64,000 nt of DNA from Nitrospirota bacterium (GTDB lineage Bacteria > Nitrospirota > UBA9217): NCBI GenBank assembly GCA_963818475.1, contig CAWFSF010000006.1, positions 640,001 through 704,000 of the forward strand. Direction: 5' to 3'. This document shows, piece by piece, positions 1-10,316 of the stretch. Position numbers and translations under genes: made by a program. Numbering within the stretch: the first letter of the stretch is position 1; each line of letters starts with the position of its first letter. The notes beneath the pieces are model-generated. The model saw only the letters and a list, made by a program, of their open reading frames with translations. It was not told where the DNA came from and did not search any database.

Positions 1-231
1 TCTGCATATCACTCACAGGGGCTTGGAATTAACATATCGGGAGATCAAAACACGGCCAGCGAAAGAAAACCCTAAAACACCGGCAGTCAATAAGAAACCG
101 ACAAGTCGGTATCAACCATCAGATCATCCATGGAAGAGACTCCGCAGAGCAAATGTACAATTTCCAATTGCTTCCTAAAAGCGGACATTTCTATCTTGGT
201 AAGAGTAGGACATTTCTACTTTGGGTTGACA
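1..231 (+). mobile_element. Right end (IRR) of an IS1202/ISNCY-like insertion sequence
   Basis: Duplicated GGACATTTCTA boxes at 183-193 and 208-218, terminal ...GGGTTGACA at 231, directly after the transposase stop. Confidence 0.7.
2..178 (+). CDS. C-terminal fragment of an IS1202/ISNCY-like transposase (truncated by window start)
   Basis: Frame 2 reads ...LTYREIKTRPAKENPK...YQPSDHPWKR...AS*; a basic Pro-rich tail ending in HPW(K/R) is typical of this transposase group, and an IS end follows immediately. Confidence 0.7.
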   Translation: MHITHRGLELTYREIKTRPAKENPKTPAVNKKPTSRYQPSDHPWKRLRRANVQFPIAS

Positions 232-247
232 TCCCACATGGGAATCT

Positions 248-276
248 TTGACATCGCCGCTGATTAGGCATATATT
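248..276 (+). promoter_or_regulatory. Putative sigma70 promoter for the AT-rich island
   Basis: TTGACA-17 bp-TATATT about 90 bp upstream of ATG 365. Confidence 0.55.
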
Positions 277-364
277 CATGGCAACGTATGCGGGAAAAGC
301 ATTTACATAATGGATTTGCTGGCGGTGCAGAAATCAAGGGCATCCGATAGACGCTGAAAAGGCT

Positions 365-2464
365 ATGTCCATGGATATTTTTAAAAGACTAAAAAAACAA
401 TTAGAAAATAATGAGATTAATAAAGCTGCGGAAACCTTGATTCAGATTCATGACAAATATAAAGAAAAATGGCTTACAAGTATAAAACTTAACGGCGTTT
501 TCCCGGAACCAATATCCCACAAATTTTCTTCTCGGATACTTGGCTATCTGTTAAAAACACTTCAAAAGATGTGGACTGATAGGCCGGATATTAATTTTCA
601 AGAAGAAGTTGTCGAGCTAATCCATTCCATATTAGTACTCCACCTAAAAATCGAGCAGATCAATCAACACTTGAATGCTTCCGAATTTTTCATGTTCGAT
701 CCAGTTAAACAAATGCAAATGCTATTTGTGTTTATAGAAGACCAATCTAGATTGGGTCAGGCAATATTATTAAAAAGTTTCGAAAAAAAAGGAAAATTCA
801 CTGGAATTGATTTGATAAAAAGTAGCTTCGATAATCCTCTAACTGGGGATTCTGTGTCCATTGTAGACAATCATGAAAATTTGGTCGATGCTGTTGATCT
901 TATCTTAAGATATATATATTGGAAGCATGAAAAAGTAGACGGAGAGCATCATGACAATGTTAGTCCTTATAATCTGAAGCAATTTCGCCTTCTGCTGGAA
1001 TTGGCGGTAATAAGAAACGCTATAGATATTATTTGGCAAAATACTAAATATAGAGAGTGGAAATGCATAGCAAGAGATAAGTCATTCTATTTTATGCCAT
1101 GCGATAGTGACGCATTTGTTAAAGAGAATGCAGCAGTTGATAGATATCGCCTATATGTCAACGAATTGTCTAGTCAAGCTAGATATGGTGAACTTTCAGA
1201 TTCTATTAATTTGTTTAGTAAAATCATTTCAGAAATAAAAGTTAACATTTCCGCCGCACCATGGGATTTAGATGTAAACGTTAGTCAGTTGCAAGAGTTG
1301 CTGTCATTGCCGATGCCAAGGGATATTGTGACAGAGAAACTGTTCGATGAGTTTTATAAGGAAAATATTGCTGATTTGTTATTCGGACCGCCAAGCATGC
1401 ACGTGAGAGGTGGCGATCTCTTGCTGGCCACCAAATATCTCTACATATTGGCTTCTATTTATCAAAATAACAGCTGGCCAGTAGCTGATCAAAAAGATGC
1501 CAAAGCTTATGATGTGTTAATCCCAACAATAAAAATAAAAACATTGATTGATTTATTATCAAAAGCATGCAATTGGCCTGAAGCGAGGTGTGAAAATGCT
1601 CTGGAGCTACTTTTTTTTAATGTCAATTATGCAAAATTAGACTTATCGTTACAGCCCTTGACACGGATCGGAAATGGTTATTGTTTATTAATTCCGATAA
1701 TAAGCTTGAGCATAAATATTGTGCGGCTCTTCGAATCTCATATGTTGCAATGGAACATTAGTCTAAAAGATCGGGGGAAATTATTTGAAAAAGAAGTCAG
1801 AGATAGAATTGCGGATCTCAATATTCCCGTCATTTCAAGTTCCATATGCTTTAAAGCTTCAGACAATAAAGATGTCGAATATGATGTAATCGCCTGGTTC
1901 AAAAATTATCTGGTTCTCATAGAAGCAAAATGCCTATGTACGCCCTATTCTCCAATCGATTCGTAGAATTGCAGGAGGAAATTGGCCAGCGGTGTTGAAC
2001 AATTGAAAGAAGACGAAAGATAGTTCACACCGATTGGGATAAAATTCGAAAACTATCTAATATTGATTTGCCGAGTAACCCACCTGAAGAGAATAAAGTT
2101 CTATGCCTAGTGCTTACAAATATCTTTCATTTTACTGGACTAGAAATCGATAATGTGCGTGTCGCCGATTTACATTGTTTTTATAGATATCTATCTGACC
2201 CTGATATCGAGGCAATTAACTTCGATGATGATGGTGTCAAGCGATCATCAGTAATAGATCGATTGTGGGCATCTACAGAACCTGACCCTGTTGAAATGTG
2301 GGACTACGTAGCATAATCCACTTGGTTTAAAAAATATCATTGAAAAGGCAACGTTTGCATTTTCTCCCATTTTGCCTTTTACTGATGAAGATAGTGTCTT
2401 ATTCATGCCTTATGTTAAAGTAATGGATAAATCTAGCAAAACTAAGATAGAGATGGTCAGTTAA
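365..2464 (+). pseudogene. Large protein with C-terminal PD-(D/E)XK (NERD-like) nuclease domain, interrupted by an in-frame TAG and two compensating frameshifts (pseudogene or sequencing error)
   Basis: Motif FEKEV...EYDVIAWF...LVLIEAK; coding continues past TAG 1964-1966 (GVEQL), through ORF 2068-2316, and back to the original frame with a stop at 2462-2464; AT-rich. Confidence 0.55.
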
Positions 2465-2647
2465 TAGGTGCCGTAACAAAGACAATAACGGTATAGCATC
2501 TTTTTTGTGACATTGATTAACTGGGAGATTTGCTGTAAAGACGTTTAAGTCAACTTACAGTCCATGTTCTGCATATTTGAGAGAGCTGGAAGAACTCGAA
2601 GAAAATAATATAAACGTAACACTTGAATCGCGTATTGAAAAAAAATC

Positions 2648-4186
2648 ATGATAATTCAAAACAAAGAAGTATGCAAGCTTTATAAACCATTGCGCAATCG
2701 CCTTCGTGAAATAAGCATTGAAGACTCATTTAAAGTTATCTGGGCATATGTTCAGTATTTGAAATTCGATAAACCACTCCCTTCTGACATAGAAGTTGAT
2801 ACACACTTATTAAATGCACCCTTACCAGAAAAAGGTGTCTACTTGTGGACTCTTGAATTACTCACGAGAGAGGTCATTATAAATTCAAGTAAGAGAGTGT
2901 CATATGACGAGACATTAAGAAAATATTCCTTTTTTGCTGAAACTATAAATGTGATTATAAAGCTTGAAGATAATATTACAAGAAAGTACGTCAACAAAGA
3001 TAATATCTCAGCAGAATTGTTTAGAATAGCACACAGGCAGTTTCCGTGGCAGACTAACGCTGATATCAAATTTCTGACCAGATATTTTAAAATTTTCAAT
3101 CAGGAAGCCTTGGACAAAATTATTCGAAATACGATAAATCTTTCTGTTGTGGAATTATATTTAATCGGGCATGCGTTTCTTGGCGCTTATTTTCAGAATC
3201 CCGCTATCCGGGATAATATTGACATTGGTTCTGAATTTCTGACTAAAGATAAATTTGAAATGTTTAATCAGGTTTTTGCTAAAGAGATAGGCCAAATGAA
3301 GGATGCGATTGTATCCGAACAGCAATTTAACGATAAATATGTCTACGCATATTCATCACTAAAAGAGTTTCCGGTAATTCGAATGAAATTTCAGGGAATG
3401 GCTTGTCTCGTTTGTCCATTGCCCCCTATGTTGTTTTGGAGAATAACGTCAGGGTTGTATTATCAAATAAACACCAAAGAAGGATTTGGCCAACCTTTCG
3501 GACATTCTTTCCAATCCTATGTGGGTGATGTAATTGCGAACGCGCGAAAAGGTGATAGATTAAAAGCATTTTCCGATGAAGAATATCACGTCGGGAAAAA
3601 AACGAGAAAAGATACAGCAGATTGGATAGTTAATGACGAGAAAAGTAATTCCGCAATATTTATTGAATGTAAAACTAAACGAGTGGTATATCCTGCCAAA
3701 ATTGATTTAACGATTACGGGACATATAACGGATGAATTCAAAAAAATGGCGGAGTTTATCGCTCAATTGTACCAGACGATAGGTGACTATAAAAATAATC
3801 GATATAAATCATTTAAGTATTCCGAAAGCCGAATCATCTATCCAATCATTGTCACTCTAGAAGGTTGGTATTTTATGAGCAAGCAACTGGACGATTTATT
3901 AAGAATGTTAGTTGAAAAAGAGTTTCAAAGATCGAACCTTAAAACGAGTTTACTCGATGAAATGCCCTACTCAATCTGCTCGATAGAAGAATTTGAAGAA
4001 ATGATTCAAATTATGCAAGAGACCGGTATCAATAATTTCATGAGTGATAAAGTTTTCGACAAGGACAGAAATAGATGGGCTTTTAAGGAGTATATCAGAA
4101 ATAAATTCCCTGACGAGTTAAGCAAAACCAAATTCCTTTTTGACGCTGATTATAGAAAGTTATCGTCCAATATCAACCTTATTTAA
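2648..4186 (+). CDS. Hypothetical protein with C-terminal PD-(D/E)XK nuclease-like domain (candidate anti-phage protein)
   Basis: 512 aa; FQSYVG...TADWIV...IFIECK...QLY motif; AT-rich island context. Confidence 0.6.
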   Translation: MIIQNKEVCKLYKPLRNRLREISIEDSFKVIWAYVQYLKFDKPLPSDIEVDTHLLNAPLPEKGVYLWTLELLTREVIINSSKRVSYDETLRKYSFFAETINVIIKLEDNITRKYVNKDNISAELFRIAHRQFPWQTNADIKFLTRYFKIFNQEALDKIIRNTINLSVVELYLIGHAFLGAYFQNPAIRDNIDIGSEFLTKDKFEMFNQVFAKEIGQMKDAIVSEQQFNDKYVYAYSSLKEFPVIRMKFQGMACLVCPLPPMLFWRITSGLYYQINTKEGFGQPFGHSFQSYVGDVIANARKGDRLKAFSDEEYHVGKKTRKDTADWIVNDEKSNSAIFIECKTKRVVYPAKIDLTITGHITDEFKKMAEFIAQLYQTIGDYKNNRYKSFKYSESRIIYPIIVTLEGWYFMSKQLDDLLRMLVEKEFQRSNLKTSLLDEMPYSICSIEEFEEMIQIMQETGINNFMSDKVFDKDRNRWAFKEYIRNKFPDELSKTKFLFDADYRKLSSNINLI

Positions 4187-4212
4187 AGCTTAACTTCTTT
4201 ATGAGGTAGACT

Positions 4213-4962
4213 ATGAAGCTGTCATGGCAAATTGAGAGTAGTGATATTGAAAAGTTCAAAACATTTTACGAGAAACACCAGAGCAATGCGTTTGTTCAAG
4301 AAAGAATTGAAAGAAATGTAAAGAAGAGTCTTCCTCCTTTATCAAATGAACATATTTGGGAAGCCATGATAGCATGTCTGCTGACTACGCAGCAACGGTC
4401 AGGCCCAGAGAGTTCAGTGACAAGATTCATTTGTGCAAAACCATTCCCGTTGCATTACTCAGAATGCAAATCGGTAGATAATCTTCAACGGACTGTAGAA
4501 GAAACCATAACTGCATTTGGGGGATTGAGAAGAGCTAAAACAATCGGAGAAGAGGTTGAATTCAACTTTCGCTGGCTGGAAGACGGCGGGTGGAAGGCAG
4601 TACAAGAAATAGTTAAAGATATATCCAATAATCAGACGATAGAGACTGAAAGAAAGTCCGCCGAAACAATTATAAGTAACCTAAAAGGATTCGGACCCAA
4701 ACAGTCAAGGAATTTACTACAATCCCTTGGATTGACTCAATATGAAATACCGATTGATAGCAGAATTGTAAAGTGGCTAATGGAGTTCGGATTCCCAATA
4801 AAATTATCAGCGACAGCACTTAGTGATAGCAATTATTACAATTTTGTATTGGATGGCTTTCAGTTTGTCTGTAAAGCCAGCGAAATATTACCTTGTGTAA
4901 TGGATGCCGCTATTTTTTCGAGTTTTGACGGCAAATGGACTAAGGATAAGATTGTTTGGTAA
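4213..4962 (+). CDS. HhH-GPD-like DNA glycosylase/AP-lyase family protein
   Basis: Helix-hairpin-helix LKGFGPKQSRNLL followed by IPIDSR (catalytic Lys/Asp pattern); RBS GAGGT. Confidence 0.6.
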   Translation: MKLSWQIESSDIEKFKTFYEKHQSNAFVQERIERNVKKSLPPLSNEHIWEAMIACLLTTQQRSGPESSVTRFICAKPFPLHYSECKSVDNLQRTVEETITAFGGLRRAKTIGEEVEFNFRWLEDGGWKAVQEIVKDISNNQTIETERKSAETIISNLKGFGPKQSRNLLQSLGLTQYEIPIDSRIVKWLMEFGFPIKLSATALSDSNYYNFVLDGFQFVCKASEILPCVMDAAIFSSFDGKWTKDKIVW

Positions 4963-5192
4963 CCCACCAATTGTCATGCTGCACCAGTGGCGATTCCCCA
5001 CTGCAGCAACCATGTTCACTCCGAGAAGTAACTGCGTCAGTTGATGCTTGTTGTGCGGCTAGCTATAAAAAATCTATCATACTCTCTTGCGATGATGGGT
5101 CTCCATGCCTTGTTCGTAGAGTTCGTCGAGATTGACATAAGAACCGCTTTACAATCACCGCCAATTGTTGTATCACTACGGTTCAAACCATC

Positions 5193-6509
5193 ATGCAGAC
5201 AAACATCCGTAAAAAAGTCTTTTCCCTGGCACTGCCGGTCGTGCTCTCGAGCCTGCTCCAGCGTTCGGTCGGCATCGTCGACATCTTCCTGGTCGGCGGC
5301 CTCGGCGCGTCCGCCATTGCTGCCGTGGGCATGGCGCAGCTCATGGTCTTCGTGGTCATGAGCCTGTCCTGGGGCATCAATATCGGGGTGACGGTGCTGG
5401 TCTCGCAGTTATGGGGGGCTGACCGCAAGCAGGAGGCGGCCAAAGCGGCTTATCAGGCGATGCTGCTGGTTATCGCGGCGACGGCGGTCATTACCGTTAT
5501 CGGCCTCATGTTCGGCGGAAAGGTCGCGGCGCTGCTCGGCGCTGACCCGGTTGTGCAGGGGATCCTCGCGGAATATACGACGATCCTCTTTTCGTTCATC
5601 CTGTTCACGATCGCGCTCAATGTTCTTTCCGGCATCATGCACGGCACCGGTGACACCAAAACACCGCTCTATGCTGTTCTGCTCGTGAATATTCTGCATG
5701 TTGTCGTGGCTTATCCGCTCATATACGGCCGTTTTGGATTTCCGGCTCTTGGCGTAAAAGGTGCAGCCATTGCCATCGGCATATCCGAATGCCTCGGTGC
5801 GACGTTCCTCTTGATGCGGTCAATGCATAAGGGCTATGTGGCAGTGAGCAGACATCTTGAGATGCGCTTAACGTCCATGACCGTGAAGCTGGGCTATCCC
5901 ATCTTTATCGACCGCCTGCTCCAGAACACCGGGTCTCTGCTCTTTGCTAAGGTGATCCTGCTGTACGGTACGACCGTGTATGCGGCGCACCAGGTGGGAC
6001 TTGCCGTCGAAGCTTTTTCGTTCATGCCGGGCTACGGCATTGCCGTTGCCGCGGCCACCCTGGTAGGGCAGAACCTGGGCGCCGGCAGAGAACAGGATGC
6101 CCGCATCTCGGCCTACGAAGCGAACCGCCTTGCCGTCCTTCTCATGGCTGCCATGGGCATGGTCTTTTTCTTTTTCCCCTATATATTGCTCCGGGCTTTT
6201 ACAAACGATCCGGATGTGATACAGTACGGCATCCTGTACATGAAGATCGTTGCTTTTGCCCAGGTCCCGCTTGCCATCACCATGGTCGTGGGAGGGGCGC
6301 TCCGGGGGGCAGGGGACACGGGCTTCATCATGTTCGGAACGATCGCGGGCATGTGGTTTGTCCGGCTGCCGCTGGCCGCGCTGCTTGCAGTGGTCGTGAA
6401 GGCTGAGATCCATTACGTATGGTCGGTCATGATCTTTGACTGGCTTATCCGGATGTCGCTGCTGATCTGGCGCTATCGGAAGATCAGTTGGGGCAGGCTT
6501 GAGGTATGA
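5193..6509 (+). CDS. MATE family efflux transporter
   Basis: 438 aa, about 12 TM; LALPVV..DIFLVG.LG, GTGDTKTP, GQNLGAG, RGAGDT motifs. Confidence 0.93.
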   Translation: MQTNIRKKVFSLALPVVLSSLLQRSVGIVDIFLVGGLGASAIAAVGMAQLMVFVVMSLSWGINIGVTVLVSQLWGADRKQEAAKAAYQAMLLVIAATAVITVIGLMFGGKVAALLGADPVVQGILAEYTTILFSFILFTIALNVLSGIMHGTGDTKTPLYAVLLVNILHVVVAYPLIYGRFGFPALGVKGAAIAIGISECLGATFLLMRSMHKGYVAVSRHLEMRLTSMTVKLGYPIFIDRLLQNTGSLLFAKVILLYGTTVYAAHQVGLAVEAFSFMPGYGIAVAAATLVGQNLGAGREQDARISAYEANRLAVLLMAAMGMVFFFFPYILLRAFTNDPDVIQYGILYMKIVAFAQVPLAITMVVGGALRGAGDTGFIMFGTIAGMWFVRLPLAALLAVVVKAEIHYVWSVMIFDWLIRMSLLIWRYRKISWGRLEV

Positions 6510-6532
6510 GGCCTGGATAACGAATATTTTAG

Positions 6533-6607
6533 CCGCGATAAGACGCTGAAGCGCTGAGAAAGTCATGTATAGTTACACGATCCCTCAGCGTTCTTGCAGC
6601 TCAGCGG
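6533..6607. repeat. Tandem-repeat-armed inverted-repeat hairpin element E1 (CGCTGAG units)
   Basis: CCGCGATAAGACGCTGAAGCGCTGAG ... CTCAGCGTTCTTGCAGCTCAGCGG. Confidence 0.6.
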
Positions 6608-6690
6608 TAGATTCATCTAGCTACGAAATCTGCGATTCATCTGCGAGCCATCTGGACCGATTTGAAGTTAAATCAATAGAAGGAGGCGCC

Positions 6691-6867
6691 ATGGCGGAAT
6701 TGTATACCATGATCGGCAAGGAAGTCGAGGTCATCGCGAACGGGACGGTGTATAAAGGGGTGCTGATCGAAGTGTCGGAATCCGAGGTGCATCTGAAAGG
6801 GCAGCTGCAGTGGATAGCGCTTCCTGCGTCAAGCGTGAGCCAGGTAAAACTGGCAGGACAACGCTAG
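6691..6867 (+). CDS. Small hypothetical protein, Sm/LSm-like beta-barrel pattern
   Basis: AGGAGG RBS; MIGKEVEVIANGTVYKGVLIEV...HLK pattern. Confidence 0.65.
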   Translation: MAELYTMIGKEVEVIANGTVYKGVLIEVSESEVHLKGQLQWIALPASSVSQVKLAGQR

Positions 6868-6892
6868 CAGGATCCACTGCCTTTTCTCTTGT

Positions 6893-7309
6893 TCACGTGG
6901 TGCCCGCAGCCAGTTCCGCCTGCAGCGTCTTGTGCATGCTTCCGGGCATGCGTTTTGCCTTCCCACGTTTTGAAACGCATACGAGCTTTGTGCTGCCCTC
7001 AGCAACCAGCCTGCCTGAATTCTTCTCTTTAATCCGATGTTCAATGGTCAGGGCTGCCGCAGCCAATTCCCTCAGCCTGGTTTCTACAACGAGCACGTCT
7101 CCGTATTGAGCATATGACCGGTAATGCAGTTCGAGGTCGGTGACCGCGAAGAGCTCCCCCTGCTCCATGAGCCGGGGAAGCGATATGCCGATGCTGTCCA
7201 GGTATTCCGTTCTTCCGCGCTCCATGTATTTAACATGGTTGGCGTAATAGATGATTCCCCCGGCATCCGTGTCTTCGTAATACATCTTGATTTCCATGCT
7301 ATGGATCAT
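6893..7309 (-). CDS. YbgC/FadM family acyl-CoA thioesterase
   Basis: YYEDTDAGGIIYYANH..YMERGRTE motif. Confidence 0.9.
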   Translation of the reverse strand: MIHSMEIKMYYEDTDAGGIIYYANHVKYMERGRTEYLDSIGISLPRLMEQGELFAVTDLELHYRSYAQYGDVLVVETRLRELAAAALTIEHRIKEKNSGRLVAEGSTKLVCVSKRGKAKRMPGSMHKTLQAELAAGTT

Positions 7310-7457
7310 GCCATGCTCCTCACGTTGTGCAGTGTAAAATAAATTGCAATCCTTGTCGAGTCAATTCGTGGCAGGATCTGAAAGCGAGTCAAACCAAAGA
7401 TAGTGGTCTGGATCTCAGGTTTCTTGTTGCTGAATATGTGCACGGGGTTGCACAACA

Positions 7458-7486
7458 TTGACACTGGGGCGGCAATATGTTACTTT
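7458..7486 (+). promoter_or_regulatory. Putative sigma70 promoter
   Basis: TTGACA-17 bp-TACTTT with extended TG, upstream of the radical SAM gene. Confidence 0.5.
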
Positions 7487-7559
7487 TTGAAAAAAATGAG
7501 CGGATACGTGTATTGCTGCCTGCACACTGTGCGGCTCTTTATTGCGCAGGATTGATATT

Positions 7560-8913
7560 ATGCACCAAGAGAGAATTCTATTGAAACTGGCCTTAATCAC
7601 ACCTAAAGGCGTCTTGTTCGGTTCGGATCCGGAGGTAGCCGGCTTTTTCAAGGATATTCTTTCCAAAACAGCGCGCGATCCTTTCATTCCAAAATACACT
7701 TCCTGGTCCGGCCCGTCACTGGGGCTCCTGATCGTGGCGTCCCTGACCCCTTCCGATTTCGAAATCGTCTACCTTGATGAAAATTACGAAGAAATAGACT
7801 TCACCGTGCGTTATGATCTGGTTGCGCTGTCGGCCATGACGCAGCAGGCCACCCGGGCATACGAGATCGCTGATGAGTTCAGACGCAGGAAGGTGAAGGT
7901 CGTTATCGGCGGGATCCATGCCACGGTCATGGAGGACGAGGCAGGAACACACGCTGATGCGGTGGTCATTGGCGAAGCGGAGAACACCTGGCCTGCCCTG
8001 ATCAGCGATTTTCTCCAGGGAAAAATGCAGCGGATCTACCGCAGCGCTGTTCCTGTTGATCTGACGCGATCGCCGCAACCCCGCTACGATCTCCTGAAAA
8101 AATATGATTACAAGATGATCTGGGTCCAGACGACGCGCGGCTGTCCGCGTGACTGTGATTTCTGCAGCGCTTCGAAAGTATACGGAAAGGCTTTCAGGCA
8201 CAAACGCATCGACCAGGTCCTCGACGAGATACGCGTTATCCAGAGCCTGTGGAGCAACCCGTTCATTAATTTCGCCGATGATAATATGTTCCTGGACAGG
8301 TCCTATGCCGGCGAGTTGGTGCACGCTCTTGCTGCGCTCAGGGTGCAATGGACGGCGCAGTCGGACCTGGCAATAGGTGAGGACGAGGCGCTCCTGGACC
8401 GGCTGAGGAGGAGCGGCTGCAAAGTGCTCTTTATCGGTTTTGAAACGCTCTCAAAAGGGAATACGCTTGACGTCCACGGGTGGAAGATGAAAAAGATCGA
8501 GGCCTATCCCGCGATCATTGAAAAGATCCAGTCGCGGGGCATCGGCATTATGGGGGCATTTATCGTGGGACTCGATGGTGATGATCGCACCGTCTTCGAC
8601 TCCCTCTATGCGTTCATCATGGAGAACCTGTCTGTATGCCGCTCAAGTGACTATCCTGACCCCCTTGCCGGGGACCCGATTGCGGCAGCGGCTGCTGGAG
8701 GCGGACCGCATCATAACCAGTAACTGGAAACGATATACCTTCGTCGATGTCAACTTCAGGCCAATGAAAATGTCGGCGGGGGAACTGCAGGCAGGAACGC
8801 TCGATCTTTATCAACGGATCTACAGCAAGGAATCACGCTCAGCAGTAATGAAGCACTTCAGGCAGCTCTACCGGTCCCTTCGGTGCTCACCGGCAGCAGG
8901 CAGCGAACCGTAG
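7560..8913 (+). CDS. B12-binding radical SAM protein (one frameshift near 8630)
   Basis: GGIHAT, GEAE, TRGCPRDCDFC (CxxxCxxC), FADDN; C-terminal LTPLPGT in ORF 8518-8913. Confidence 0.88.
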
Positions 8914-8938
8914 GTCCATTCCGTATTCCTCTCTCAGC

Positions 8939-10298
8939 CTAGGGCAGATCAACCTTCAGTTTTTTCAGCTTCCGGTACAGGGTCGCCAGGTCGACGCCAA
9001 GCGCTTCGGCAGTCGTCTCCTTGTTCCCCTTATGCTCGGTCAGGCTGCGTTTGATGTATTCCCGCTCGTAGCGTATCCAGCGCCTGGCGAAGTGATGAGG
9101 TGGGAACCCCTTCGAGGTCCAGGGTCCTGAACTTGTCCGGAAGATCGTGGATGGTGATCGTGTCGCCGTCAGCCAGAACAACCGCACGTTCGATGGTGTT
9201 CCCGAGCTCGCGGATGTTGCCCGGCCAGTCATAGGCGAGCATGGCCTGCATGGCCTCGTAGTCGATATCCTTGATGTTCTTGCAGGCCTCCTTGGCGAAG
9301 ATCGCCATATAGTGCTTGATGAGCACCGCAATATCGTCGCGCCGTTCCCGGAGCGGCGGCATTTTGATCTCGATGACGTTCAGGCGGTAGTAGAGGTCTT
9401 CACGGAAGCGCCCTTCCTTTACGCGCTGCGCCAGGTCGGCATTCGTGGCCGCGATGACCCTGACATCGACATTGATGACGCGGGTGTCGCCGACCGGCGT
9501 CAGCTCCCTGGTCTGGATCACGTGCAGCAGCTTGACCTGCAGCGACAGCGGCATTTCACCGATCTCGTCCAGGAACAGCGTTCCGCCGTTCGCCATGGTG
9601 ATGAGCCCTTTTTTGTCCTCATTGGCCGAGGTAAACGAGCCTTTCTTATGGCCGAAGAGCTCGCTTTCGAGCAGGTTCTCGGGGATCGCGCCGCAGTTGA
9701 TCGAGATGAACGGCTTGTCCTTGCGCGGACCGGACTCATGGATCGCCTGCGCGACCAGGCCTTTGCCGGTGCCGCTGTCGCCGGTTATCAGGATGTTGGT
9801 CTTGCTGGGGATCACTTTTTCCATGATGGCGAAGATCTTCACCATGGCGTCCGATGTCCCGATGATCGCTGAAAAGGCAGCCGGCCGCTGACTGAGCTCC
9901 TGGCGAAGGATCTGGTTCTCCATCTCGAGGTTCTTGCTGCCGATGATGCGTTTGACGGACAGGCGGATCTCATCGTTGATGAAGGGTTTGGTAATATAAT
10001 CGGTTGCGCCGGCCTTCATGGCCTCGACGGCTGAACCGACCGAGCCGAAGGAGGTCATCATGATCACCGACGTCACCGGACTGATCTTCTGGGTCTCTCG
10101 AAGGACTGCGAAGCCGTCCATTTTCTCCATCTTGATATCGGTCATCACGATGTCGAAATTTTCCTGCTTGATAAGGTCGATGGCCATTTCACCGTTATAG
10201 GCTTCCTTGACCGCATAGCCCTCTTTTGACAGGATGAAATTCAACGCCTTGCAAATATCTTTTTCGTCATCAACGACCAGGATGCTGGATTTCTGCAT
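8939..10298 (-). CDS. Sigma54-dependent response regulator, NtrC family (frameshift near 9070)
   Basis: REC domain, GDSGTGKG, ESELFGH, GSFTSA, LFLDEIG, FREDLYYRLN; Fis-type HTH in ORF 8939-9331. Confidence 0.92.
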
Positions 10299-10316
10299 GA
10301 ATAGTGGTCTCCTTTG

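Noticed and set aside
4955-5060. Possible attC sites between or after the island genes (TAAC at the stop codon, hairpin 4977-5008)
   Set aside because: No matching R''/L''/L'/R' box geometry, so the island is not supported as an integron array
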